A DNA stretch of 63,071 bases, filler included, from Choristocarpus tenellus KU-1152 (Eukaryota > Protista > Phaeophyceae), in the NCBI GenBank assembly GCA_964200185.2. It is 12 parts of 12 records of this genome, joined end to end, with 100 filler letters (N's around TTAATTAATTAA, not from the genome) between each part and the next. Parts side by side here need not be neighbours in the genome. Positions count along the whole stretch, not along the records: positions 26,252 to 29,643 come from CAXNAD020020346.1; positions 29,744 to 34,060 come from CAXNAD020015141.1; positions 34,161 to 36,723 come from CAXNAD020026750.1; positions 36,824 to 39,715 come from CAXNAD020023870.1; 8 more parts are not named here. One strand, 5' to 3'. Shown in pieces: positions 26,425-38,194 of this stretch. The notes beneath the pieces were generated by a model. The model was given only the letters and a program-made list of their open reading frames with translations. It was not told the DNA's origin and did not search any database. Numbering within the stretch: position 1 is the first letter of the stretch; each line of letters starts with the position of its first letter. Both the position numbers and the translations under genes were made by a program.

Positions 26425-26770
26425 ATCAAATAGTAAATAGTTTTTGGAGGTATATATTTTCATTCGTTACTTATTTGGAGTCCTTGTCATATTCGTTTGG
26501 CTTTTCTCCTGACATATCCGCAAAATGTGAGAGGGTATAATAACATTGGCCTTACAGGGGCCCTTGTGATATTGGTTTAGCTTGACACATCCGCAACACG
26601 TAAGAGGGTGTAAGAATATACTTTTATTTTATGCCCCCTGACATTTTGCAGATGTATCAAAGGAAAAACATATACAATAGAATACAATTCAAATATCAGA
26701 ACCCCTGAAAAAGTAACAGTTGTCGTAAATGTGAAAAACATTTTCTATAATCTATTTACTATTTTACTAC
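26425..26770. mobile_element. Degenerate inverted-repeat (MITE-like) element
   Basis: Ends ATAGTAAATAG / CTATTTACTAT. Internal inverted pair CTGACATATCCGCAAAATGTGAGAGGG versus CCCCTGACATTTTGCAGATGTATCA. Related sequence at 39816-39856. Confidence 0.5.
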
Positions 26771-26779
26771 CAGGTATGC

Positions 26780-27180
26780 GACACCACTGCCCTCCTGTGC
26801 CTCCAACCTAGGCTTAGTCTTGCACACCAAGCCTCCAACCTAGCTTAGTCCTGCACCCCAGGGTGAGGAGCTTGGAAAGCATCCAAAGAATATAACAAGC
26901 CCCTCCTTGCCCATCTCTCTGGTGTCTCCAGGTTAAAATGTATGACACGTCTGGATAGGGCTACTTGCGTTGTGACAGAAGCTATCTGTCGTAGACGGGA
27001 TTTGACAGCCCCTTTGCTGCTGTAGCTTCCTGTCCCTCTCCCCCCTACTGCATGCGTAGCCAAGCTATCCAGAAACATTTCTACTTGCTTACCAAGGCAC
27101 CCAAAACTTTCCACTTCGAAGTGTTGAGGTTATAACTACAAGGGTCAAAAGAACCCTCGTAGTGGGAGAGGTTTCACGCC
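26780..27180 (-). mobile_element. RLE-type (CRE-like) non-LTR retrotransposon 3' remnant
   Basis: ESFGCLGKQVEMFLDSLA...KSRLRQIASVTTQ matches the C-terminal E..G.LG..A..FL..L pattern of restriction-like-endonuclease LINEs. A further fragment lies at 26253-26340. Confidence 0.75.
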
Positions 27181-27249
27181 TTAGCTGTATATAATGATGG
27201 ATCTGGTCTTCCATGCTGGGGCAACTTGTGGACACCGGATCAGCTCCCT

Positions 27250-27730
27250 ACCGCGAAAAAGCCTCCTTCTAAATATTACGTTTGCAGAAGTACAGGCAGC
27301 CTCCCATCTACCACACTCATCCACCAGCAATTGTGTAACTGCTGCTGCCGCTGAGGCGTGAAGGCACACCCAATACGAGGGCACTTTGACCCTCGTATAG
27401 CTATAACCTCAACACCTTTGCGGTGGAATTTTTTGGGTGCCTTGGTAAGCAAGCGGAACCTTTCCTGGATGAGTTAGCTACGCACTCGGTAGGAGGGAGA
27501 GGGGCAGGAGGCTACAGCAGCAAAGGGGCTGTCAAATCTCGTCTACGACAGATAGTCTCTCTCACGGCGCAAGTAGCTTTATCCAGACATGTTGTGCGTT
27601 TAAGCTGGAGACACCAGAGAGATGGGCAAGGAGGGGTTGTTAGATTTGTGGGATGCTTCCCTAGCCCCTCACCATGCAGCACTAAATTAGGTTGGAGGCA
27701 CAGGAAGGGAACGGTGTACAATACCTGTTA
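27250..27730 (+). mobile_element. RLE-type LINE 3' remnant, inverted copy
   Basis: Diverged homolog in the opposite orientation: LLLNITFAEVQA...EFFGCLGKQAEPFLDELA. Frameshifted. Confidence 0.75.
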
Positions 27731-27849
27731 GTAAAACAGTAAATTGATTTATGTCTTTCACATTTATGGTAACTGTTACTTTTTTAGGGGTTATTAGAAG
27801 ACATTTGTGACAAACAAACAAAAACACTAACCTATTTGTTTTTCACTAT

Positions 27850-28540
27850 GTTGTACCACTGCCTTCCTGTGCCTCCAATCTACCTATTCCTGAACCCTAG
27901 GGTGAGGAGCTAGGGAGGCATCCCAAGAATACAACAAACCCCTCCTTGCCCATCTCCCTGGTGACTCCAGCTTAAAACGCATGGCATGTCTAGACAATGC
28001 CACCTGTGTTGTTACCGAGACTATTTGACGTAGGCGGGATTTGACCGACCCTTTCCTGCCATCCCCTCCCGTTCCTCTCCCCGCCACCATGTTTGTAGTT
28101 AGCTCATCCAGGAAACTTTCTACTTTCTTGCCAAGGTGCCCAAAACTTTCCATCTTGAAGGTGTTGAGGTTATGACTACAAGGATCAAACAAACCTTCGT
28201 AGAGGGTGCGCTTTCGCACCTCAGCTGCAGCAGCACCTACACCATTACTGGTGAATGAATGTGGAAGATGGGAGGTTGCCTGCACTTCTGTAAATGAGCC
28301 AAATTATCTTAGAGGGTAGAGCCGCGTCCATTTGGGGGTTAAGACCCAATGTTATGATTTCGTACATTTTTCCTACTCCGAAATATTTTAGAGCAGGAAA
28401 ATGTCATTAAAAAAAACATGGGAAGCCAAGCCCCGAACAGACAAACAGGACAAAACTCGTACCCTCTAAGAAGATGCTTTTACTCACAATGTAACATCTA
28501 GCAGAAGGTCTTTGTCCTGGCAGGGGGCTGTTCTAGCGTT
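27850..28540 (-). mobile_element. RLE-type LINE 3' remnant interrupted by a MITE
   Basis: KDLLLDVT-[MITE]-FTEVQA...AAAAEVRKRTLY...FKMESFGHLG: the D-V-T, E..K..Y and E..G elements of the RLE domain. Confidence 0.8.
28296..28485 (+). mobile_element. MITE family A, internally deleted copy
   Basis: Both termini present. AAT on the left flank; AAT on the right after 2 extra nt. Confidence 0.85.
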
Positions 28541-28729
28541 ATTATTTATTATGCCCACCGGCATTTGTTCAAAAAATCCAACGGCAATTGCTGCAGTGCT
28601 GTATCGTGGAAATTCTGAAATACCGAGGAAAATCCAAGACAAAGTGTATCATATCGTCTAAAAACAAACTTTCTGTTCAGGTACCATTGTTTTATATTCA
28701 AATAATGTAAACCCCTATATGTACACAAC

Positions 28730-28803
28730 GCTTCGGTAGCTCAGTTGGTTAGAGCGTACGACTGAAGCTCGTAAGGCCATGTGTTCGATTCACATTCGAA
28801 GCA
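28730..28803 (+). tRNA. trnF-GAA: tRNA-Phe(GAA), intronless
   Basis: Acceptor stem GCTTCGG/TCGAAGC, D arm GCTC/GAGC, anticodon arm TACGA-CTGAAGC-TCGTA, T arm ATGTG-TTCGATT-CACAT, discriminator A, no encoded CCA. Confidence 0.96.
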
Positions 28804-28804
28804 G

Positions 28805-28810
28805 TTTTTT
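28805..28810 (+). terminator. RNA polymerase III oligo-T terminator
   Basis: T6 run starting 2 nt after the tRNA discriminator. Confidence 0.8.
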
Positions 28811-29743
28811 AATGTCTGCGTGGTTAAGATGTTATATTGACATTTATTTACCCATTTATATTTCGAGTTTTGAAACCCTTCAACGCTATATTTGTATTAT
28901 ATTGGAATCCGTTATCGACTATTCAATTCCACCTGGCAACCAAACGAATTGTACACCTAAGTACTATTCTGTCCGTGGTTGTTGTGATACACCAAAAAAA
29001 CGCTGGTAGAAGATTGACGTGGAACTTCGAGGTGGATGGGGTCCATGAGAAGTTACGAAAAGGAGAAGGAGCGACAAGCAGTGGGAATGCTGAACCCAAC
29101 GTAATAGAAACACAAGGCAGGAACAGAGGCAGCACAATTAGGCGTAGTGCAACAGTTGGTCGATATATTGCAGTATTTAAACATAATTTGTGCAGAGGGT
29201 AGTACCTCAGACCACAGGTCTGGATAGTCTCCAGAATATTGATGTGAAGCAAATGATAAGTAGTAATATTCTATATTTTGTCATATTAGTCTGAGGAATC
29301 TCGGGAAGGGGAACGCTTGTGGAAGTAGAATAGTAGAAGGAAGACAGACTATTGAAAATGCATGTACACTTCATACACCGCTCTTAGGCAATTTTCTTAT
29401 TTGACTTGACACTTCTAAAATCGCTCAACATATCTGGGTGTGTGTGGCAGCTGTCCATTTGGGATCAATCTTTTCGTGTCGCGATTTTTGGGCGATTTGG
29501 TTGCATACGTCGGATGGATAATGTAATGCACTTTTCCTGATTTTGATCCAAATGAACACCCTGGTGTAGACCCCCGGCCCCCCCCCCCCCCCCCACTCCC
29601 GCCACTACCCGGTGTAGGGGGTGAAACGTTTGGGGATCGTTGGNNNNNNNNNNNNNNNNNNNNNNNNNNNNNNNNNNNNNNNNNNNNTTAATTAATTAAN
29701 NNNNNNNNNNNNNNNNNNNNNNNNNNNNNNNNNNNNNNNNNNN

Positions 29744-29811
29744 AAAAATCGCGACATGAAAAAATTGACCCCAAATGGACAGCCGCCACCCCCTCCCAGA
29801 TACTTTGAGCC
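29744..29811 (-). mobile_element. MITE family B terminus
   Basis: GGCTCAAAGTATCTGGGAGGGGGTGGCGGCTGTCCATTTGGGGTC. Same end at 34161-34229, 51918-51986 and 52087-52150; degenerate at ~29422-29560 and ~20494-20530. Confidence 0.85.
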
Positions 29812-29813
29812 AC

Positions 29814-32800
29814 CTTGGATTGGAGAGAAGACTTCATCGCTGCTAACTCCTCCTCAGCTGTATCTCCATAATGTTCAGAACTCTTATCTGTATCCACTGC
29901 TTCAGCATTGATTTCAGCCCTGTTCTGTACGCCTTCACACCCATTACCAGGTGGTGCAGGTAGAGTGCCGAGTTTGGTGTCCGTAGCTTGTTCGACTTCT
30001 GCTGAGCGTGTGCAAATGCCGAGTGCCTCCTTGGCATTGTACTCCCTTTCACACGCCTCCACCCTTTCCTCAGTTGCAACCCTTTAGGTCAGAATTTGAA
30101 GTTCATAGGGAATAGCATGGCTTTCAGTAGCAAAAATATAGGTAAAAAAGAAGTCTCGAAGGGAGTCATTGCTTGAACCACGTCATCGATGTAGATAGCT
30201 TCAATACTTTCCGTGCATGCTGTCTCAACTACCATGTCATAACAATGACATGTACTGATTTAAATTTTCAAACACAGTTAGCCTATTATATACTGGAGTA
30301 TATTGACATGCAACAAACTACTTGTAGAAGACTTTTTCATGGAAGCTGTACCACATAGTGCATGTTCAATGAATAAGCCTAAAAAAAATATCAGAGCAGC
30401 ACAATATAGACTAATAAACGTGGATAAATGCTTGAAGACTGTTGCCCTAATGGCAAGCACAAGGACAGACCTTTCATCAACACACGCGCGCGCGCGCACA
30501 CACACATCATTTCAAGGCATTAGCGACTTTGATGAAATTGTTGTGGCGTCCAAACATTAGAGGCAATAACTATGTGCGTAATGGTGCATGCAATCTTGGG
30601 TGCAATGCAGTACTATTGGTATGTAACAACTCAAAAATGGCAACTTCTACCTTTCCACACAGTGCAGGTGTGGGGGGAAAGTCATGTTACACTATACAGT
30701 CAGGAGCAGCCCAACTGAGCGCTTGGAGATGGGTGGGCGTGAGAACGGAAGGGAGTAGAATTTGGAAGGGACACTCCAATGGTATCATGCTTGGCTCATA
30801 TCAAACTATCCTGAACATTTAACAATCTCAACAGCTCACTTGTAATTTGTACGCATTGATATTACGTGCTAACAGAAATACATGCTAAATTAAACTGAAC
30901 CCTCTGATACATCCTAAAGATCCTAGAAAATGTATATTCTCTTTTTTCCTTGAGTAACCTTAGGAACCAACTGAGCCGGGTGGATCTGGTCGAGTCACCT
31001 CTACTGGTCATAGCGAAGCCTAGATCATCCTTGCAGAAATGGAAACAGTAGCTACCACCTACACAACAGGAGAATTTCCAGGATCTGCCTGGATCACACC
31101 TGAGCAGTTTGTCACCCTCCGCTTCAGCAGCTGCCACTGACTCCACCTCTCTGTTTTTTGCGTCCAGGGCCTTCCTTAGCACGGCCACCGCTTGCATGCC
31201 CGCATCAGCAGCTGGTTTTACAATGGTGAAAGTTTTGTTCTGGTCAGCACTGCTGCTGCTCGTGAGTCTTGAATGTGTCACTTTGAGAGTGTGGGTTGCT
31301 GGAGGCCTTACATCTCCTTGTTGACGACTAAGTTGTTTTGTGTATCTTGTGGTTTGGTAGTCTTCAGACATGACCCGTCCCGGCAGGTATATATTTCGAG
31401 GTAGATACATACTTACACATAATGAACTACAATACGATGCCTACTCCTACTGAGCTCTGGTAATACCAGGCCATAGTGCCGCAATCAGTGGCTATGAGGT
31501 CCTGTCTCACAGGTACATGGAACGGTATACTAGGTATGCTCATGTGAGGTGTCAACCGTACACAATGGAGTCCGCGGAACGGTAATTTCGAGTCGATCAC
31601 TTCACAACGCAATTGATTGACATAAAATAGATCGTATCTACTAATAAAGGGCAAGGTATATCGCTAAATAGGTACCCCACGACATGGAAATATTGGTCCA
31701 TATTATACTCTTAATGAAAACTAGCGATAATGTGAAACAAGGTATACAACATATAGTTCAGATTGACTACTATCAACAATTGCAAGCGCAAGCAGGAGCT
31801 TTTATTCTATAATACTACTTAGTAGCCAAGGAGAAACGCATACTCACCATACTATGAGGTTTATCCGCTGTGTACTTTACACATTTCCAACAAAGGAGGT
31901 TGAAGATTCATCGCGCAAACTTTGAGGAATGCATTTTCAGGACCTATTATAGGATTCATAGGGGCACGGAACTACGTCTTTGTGGTCCTAGGATATTCCA
32001 TGAGGATTTGAAGCCGCAGAGACATAGTGGAGAAGGAAGACCCTTGCATTAGATAGAAAAGAAAAGCCACTGTGGTAGAGAAAGTACTTGGTATTTCCCA
32101 TCTAAATGAAATGGACGTTTTTTCGAGCAAGAATTGTGAGTGATACATTTTGGAAATTCACAGACCCAGTGGAACAAGGTACCTACAAAAAGTCGATACT
32201 TCGAAGTATTTCGTAAGAAAATCACCTCTGTTGTAGTGGAATTACTTGATCATCTTCTATTCTGAATGTCATCGATATTTTAGAAGCAAGGGTTGTGGAC
32301 AATATGCACTTCGGAGAACAATTGTCAAGGTTGCTGTACTGCAAATATGGAGTACATAGAGAATGCATATGACTTTTAGGTTTTTGTCCCTAATGGAAGC
32401 ATTAATGCAGCTTGATGTACTGCTCTCGATACATGACAATACCAGATAAGGACACTCTCAAAGAGATAAGAGTTCTAGTTCAGGACTATACCCTCTTGGC
32501 TAGCAGCCAGGGCGGAGACTTCTTTCTTTAGCCTGACAAGCCTAGCCTGGGCTTCATTCCACTCTCCTTCCAGCCACATCAGTTTGTCCTTGTTTGATAT
32601 TGCCACTTCCTCACACCGTGCCAGTCGTCCTGCTGCCTGTGAGTATGGAGCATATCAAACCTTGATGGAGGTAGCATATGAGTAAAATTGGTTCGCAAAC
32701 AAAAGATTGAAAGTTCTATCATTGTGTTCCGTGGGCCTATTCCATGGTATAGCTAGCATGATCAGTTGTATGACAGAGTGCAGTGAGGCAGTGACATTGA

Positions 32801-33616
32801 GCCAAAGTATCTTAGAAGGTAGAGCCGTGTCCATTTGGGGGCCAAAATCCAATGTTGCGATTTGGATGTAATATTGGCTATTGTCTTTGTTAGGAAGTGT
32901 CAATATCCTTGCTCCGGATACACCTTTTCGTAACATACACATTTTACGTACTCCGAAATATTTTGAAGCCGGAAAATGTAAAAAAAACAACATGGGAATC
33001 CAAACCCTAAATGGACAAACAGGGCAAAACTCGTACCCTCTAAGATACTTTCACTCATTGTGACCAAATCAGACCCTCAATGTCCTGATGCATATGTGCA
33101 ATTTTTTACACTCATATTGTGGGCTATGATCTACCAATTTATTTTTTTACTCTTCAAGGGGGAGACTCAGAGTACCGTAAGGAAACTATTCCATGTAAGT
33201 AATGCAAAAGAGTGAGGTTACATCGAAATTGTGTGTTAGCATTCAAGTCTACAGAGCTGGTCAATAACTACAAGAGATCAAGTGTATGCTGAATGTTGCA
33301 GTACACCACTGCTTACAAAATATAACAGAGCTTTAAGTCACATATCTGTCCAAACAACAGGACAATGTAGCTGTACTGTGATGTAAGCACAGCTCCCTTA
33401 CTTCACCCTCTTATTTCTAAAAGGGTTCCTCAAGTCAAGTGAACTCAATTCACATGTGACGTCTACTATAATTTCGTGCCAAATTGGTGCATAGGACAGA
33501 CGGGAAATACAGCAAGAAATATCAAAGCAACCTCATTAGCTTCTCTTTGGAGTTTAGCATGCTGATCTTGAATCTGAGCAAGCTTGGTGCCTGCCTCGAG
33601 ACGTCCAGTAAGATAC
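29814..33616 (-). CDS. Coiled-coil-rich hypothetical protein, partial (at least 4 exons)
   Basis: GT-AG exons 33616-33532, 32636-32492, 31361-31100 and 30081-29814 join in phase without stops. Heptad-like segments (AQIQDQHAKLQREANE, EAQARLVRLKKEVSAL). Confidence 0.65.
32799..33056 (+). mobile_element. MITE family A, full length (258 bp), TSD ATT
   Basis: Imperfect TIRs GAGCCAAAGTATCTTAGA.GGTA / TACCCTCTAAGATACTTTCACTC, with ATT on both flanks. Intronic. Confidence 0.92.
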
Positions 33617-33730
33617 CTGTGGTGTAGAGGTGCAACCTTAAAGTTTGGATCTAATGGAACTATTAAAAAAGGTGAGCTTTACATTGTTTCATAGGGAGTG
33701 TGTCTGCATGCTAATATCTGAAGGAGTATG

Positions 33731-33990
33731 GAGCCAAAGTATCTTAGAGGGTAGAGCCACGTCCATTTGGGGGCCAAAATCCAATGTTGCGATCTTGATG
33801 TAATTTTGGCTATCGTGTTTGTCAGGAAGTGTCAATATCCTTGTTCTGGACACACCTTTTCATAGCGTTTACATTCTACCTACTCCGAAATATTTCGGAG
33901 TAGGGAAATGTCATTAAAAAAACCCTTGGGAAGCCAAGCCCCAAATGAACAAACAGGGCTTAACTCGTACTCTCTAAGATACTTTCACTC
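33731..33990 (+). mobile_element. MITE family A, full length (260 bp), TSD ATG
   Basis: Same TIRs, ATG on both flanks. Another left end at 34030-34060. Confidence 0.92.
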
Positions 33991-34534
33991 ATGGTAGGTT
34001 GCAGAGAAGATGCGTTCTGCTGGCCAAGTGAGTCAAATTATCTAAGAGGGTAGAGCCGCGNNNNNNNNNNNNNNNNNNNNNNNNNNNNNNNNNNNNNNNN
34101 NNNNTTAATTAATTAANNNNNNNNNNNNNNNNNNNNNNNNNNNNNNNNNNNNNNNNNNNNCCAAAATCACGACATGAAAAAGATGACCCCAAATGGACAG
34201 CCGCCACCCCCTCCCAGATACTTTGAGCCATCTCACCGTCAGTTCACCTTCTCCAGCGCTTTCGTTTTTAAGTTCTGAAAATATGTACTAGTACGCCTTA
34301 GTATGTAGGACATGAAATGAAACGACATCACAAGGAAGTGGCATAAAAAGTCAAATTAATAACAGTACAAACGGAAGCTATCGACGCATTTCTTTTTCAT
34401 AACATACTACCTCCGCGCCGTAAGTCTGTGCCGCGTTGTCCATAACTTTTGAAGATAAGGATGAAATTCATTTCTGAAAGAAGATTTGGAATCCTTGACG
34501 AAGTTCTGGTTAGGGGCAGCTCTTATCCTTATTA

Positions 34535-35137
34535 TTACTCCCCATCCATCACAATTTTATCAGCCGTAGAAAAGGTCTCCATGTCTACCTTTGGCGTGTT
34601 TTCAAGCTCACGAGACCACTGCCTCTTCCTTATCCCTGTGCGCTCCACACTGAAGTCATTCCCCCCTTTGTATCTAAGTACTTGATTATATACCACAAAA
34701 AGGAGCTGCCAAGCCCTCTCAAGGGTGGTTTCATCATACTCCTTATACTGTTTCTTAATGACCTTCACCATCTCCTTGACGGATCCAAACCGCTCCCCCA
34801 TCACCCAGCATTTCAAAGACCTGAAGAAGCACGGGGCCATGAGATTGAGGTCGGGGAGGTTAGATGGCTGCGTCAAAAGCCTAATCGACTACCTCTCAGT
34901 CTTCCCTGTCCCTGACAAGATTTCTGAGTTGCCCTTGCCCGTGGGGGGGGTGGCACCGTCTTGCTGGACCACAACGTGCTTCCCCTGCAACCAAGGCATC
35001 TTGGTCTTGATTGCAGGCAGTAACTCCTCCGTATACCACTTCCTGTAACACAAATGGTCTAAAGTACAGTCCTGCTCATACACACCCCCCTTTTTATGGT
35101 TCTTGTTTGTCCTGTCTGTCGTTTTTGGCGCGCACAC
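34535..35137 (-). pseudogene. Tc1/mariner (DD39D-like) transposase C-terminal remnant
   Basis: VVVQQDGATP...*SIRLLTQPSNLPDLNLMAPCFFRSL...KGGNDF matches QQDNAxPH / QPPNSPDLNxLDLGFF / GGN. One frame with an internal TAG at 34889-34891; the third catalytic D reads as A. Confidence 0.88.
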
Positions 35138-36272
35138 ACGGCCAAATGTTAAAACGTAGGCTACTCATTCGGTTTGCTTGATACGATACAGTATCGTCGG
35201 TTCACACTGAATGCTGATTCGTCCATTGTACTGGTCGCTATACTCATTCTCCCATCATTATTTCATCATCACACTTTACTCAATCACTGTAAGTACCTCA
35301 CAGTGGATAGAAAGCGTAGGGACAGTCGCTGCCCATCATACACACATACTATGAGGGACATTAGTTATGTTTGATATGGATTCCAGCTTGTCTTCTTGTT
35401 TCTTCTTTGTTTTTACTTCTACATGTACATGACGCAAGTTATCAGTTGCATAGGATGTGTTGATTCTTATCTTTACTTGACTGGCATTGCCCCCTCAATA
35501 AGACATCCCATTACTCTGCAACACGTATAAAAGACACACGCCGGGAAGCAACATATACAGTTAAAACCATTCTTCGAAACCCTTCTCTGCCAAGGGGACA
35601 ATCCTCTTCACAGACGATGAATTTCTTCATTTGAGCGCCTTAATGAATGACCACACAGTTTCTATCAATCGCAGTCTGTGCTTGAGTAAAATATGCCACA
35701 GACATCCCAGTACCCATCTCACTTCAGCCAAAGTCTGATTGAGTAAGACATCCCTTCAGACACATCAAACCGAACCCGCAGGTGTCTTGTTGGACTATGA
35801 CACACACTTGCCTCTAACCGTGTTAATCACAGCATTAACCAAACACACCTTCACATCGAACACTGTCTGACAGAACACTACATATCATCAGACCTACCAG
35901 AACAAATTCATCAGTGATTTGTTTCGCAATGATCTCCTTCATCACAAACCAGACACATCACAACAATACACAACTCATATGAAACCAGTTTTCAACACCA
36001 AACACCAAGTTTTCCATCAAACCTGTGAGCCAAATCTGGGCGTGCTTTGGCTACATTGATCGTGGTTTTGGGGATATGACTCTTGTGCTGCACAATAGGG
36101 GAGCCTGGAAGGTCTCTATCATCCTCATGCGGAAATACCCTAACCCTTTCCCCATCAGTCATCATGTAAAACCAGGTTCAGGCACATGGATCGTGTTCGC
36201 TATGGAGGCGTACACCCCATTTTCCGGTCCACTTGATCGCAAACAAAGTCCATTCTCCATACCTTTTGACAA

Positions 36273-36642
36273 AATTTAAGCTTGGGTTTGATTCAGCAGC
36301 AACTCGGCATGGTCCCCATATCATCCAACCACCTGTTTATGATGCCCATGCTATAATTCAGCCCCTTGGTGGCCACCTTCATTGTCACCTGATACACTGT
36401 GGATGTCCTCCCAGAGCCGTCGCATGTAACGCTCAGGCACTTCAAACTTTGCTGCGAGGGTCGGCCCAACGTGTCACAAGAGTTTATGCTCACCAGGGAC
36501 CATTGCCGCAATTTAAGCTTGGGTTTGATCCAGCAGCAATTCGGCATGGTCCCCATATCATCCAACCACCTGTTTATGATGCCCGTGTTATAATTCAGCC
36601 CCTTGGTGGCCACCTTCATTGTCACCTGATACACTGTGGATG
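36273..36642. repeat. 133-bp near-identical direct repeat pair
   Basis: 36273-36405 and 36510-36642, period 237 nt, few substitutions. Confidence 0.92.
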
Positions 36643-37743
36643 ACCGATTATCGGAGTTGATACTATGTATTGCGACTATATCTTGGTCGGTGTGAGCTCC
36701 GAAGGCCGCCCACTACGTGCCGCNNNNNNNNNNNNNNNNNNNNNNNNNNNNNNNNNNNNNNNNNNNNTTAATTAATTAANNNNNNNNNNNNNNNNNNNNN
36801 NNNNNNNNNNNNNNNNNNNNNNNTTTTTTGTGTGAAAATTTTTTTTTGGTGGGGGGGGGTTTTTTTGACAAAAAGGGGGGGGTGGGGGGGGGGGGGGGGT
36901 TCTTCTCTTTAGGGGAAGAATACTATTGACTTTTTAGCTATGGACCTTGTTTTGTCTTTTCAAGTGGTACCTTTAAATGTCTCGATTTTGTGGATGAAAT
37001 GTCACCATTTTAAGAAAGAAAAAAAAAAGGTTTTTGGAACAGTTTTAGTAGTACCATTGCTCTGTTGCCAAGTGATGGAAAGGGGGAGAGAAAAAAAGAC
37101 TGCAAATAAAAAGGTGTTCAGGTCTTTTACTCTCTTAAGTAACGCTAACCCTAACCCTAAGTAACGCATGTTGAAAAGCGTAAGTCTGCACACCAATAGG
37201 AGATACTTTTTCTTCCGGAACAAGTCAATGGGATTGATTCATTTCATGGGATTGATTCATTTCCTGGGAATTTTTTTTTTTGAACTCATTTGATGTTTTA
37301 GTCCACAAAAGGAAGCAGTGATCTCAAAGTAAGTATAATGAGGGTGTCAGTGTCAGTGCGGGGTGAGTTAATGACATAAAACATAGGCACATTTCGATTT
37401 GTTTGGAAATGATCGAGAAGGGTATTTTGAAAGGTACCAAGCATACACCTTTTTTTTGTCAAGGAAGGGGAACATGCACAGAGCAGTACAGAGTCCTCTT
37501 GCCTGTGTGCCTGTTGGTTGACTTAATTAATGATGATAAGGATCAGCCTATTGTTGCCGTGTGGCAAGTAAGTGCATGTCTAGCGAAGGCAGTGGTGAGT
37601 ATCTTTTTATTCTTGCGAAGAGGAACTTTCCTGTCCAATGAAAAAATCCCTGTGTGTTCACTTGCCCAATTGTTATGTGTTTGTCCTGTGTGAGTCAGTC
37701 CTCTCTACGATACACCCATGTATCTCAGCATGACTCTAGTCCT

Positions 37744-37767
37744 GGTTAGGGTTAGGGTTAGGGTTAG
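37744..37767 (+). repeat. Interstitial (TTAGGG)n telomere-type tract
   Basis: GGTTAGGGTTAGGGTTAGGGTTAG. Shorter tracts near 14060, 37145, 37930, 60430 and 60910-60936. Confidence 0.75.
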
Positions 37768-38085
37768 AGGTCGGTTCAGCTCTCTCTGCTCTGCTGTTGC
37801 ATGAGTGTATGTAGTGAACATGTTGTATTTTATTGTTTTATTATCCTGAATTCGCAAGTGGAGATCACTCAAGAATGTTCTTTGTTGGTAATTATTTTTA
37901 CAGTTTTGTTGCACCGATCAATGTTAATGGTTAGGGTTAGGGTTATAGAGAGGGTAGACTCAACTTTGCTGAAATATCCTCTTCTCTTCCTCCCCTTCCC
38001 CCTTGCACTTTTCCACATTGTGTTGGTGTGCCTATATTGGCTCTCCCAACACACACACACATACACGCACGCACACACATGACAG

Positions 38086-38194
38086 TATTGGTCTCACGGA
38101 CGCTGAAAGAATGGTTCAGCACAATGCCGGTGGCATCTTTGCTATGCGTTTGACAGACGTTCGAGGTCTTCCTGAGCCATACTACAAGGGCTGA
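38086..38194 (+). CDS. Terminal exon of an SMP-30/gluconolactonase (regucalcin-like) protein
   Basis: AG-preceded exon IGLTDAERMVQHNAGGIFAMRLTDVRGLPEPYYKG* resembles the family C-terminus (AG.[IL]F...V.GLPE..[FY].G). Upstream exons not found. Confidence 0.55.
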
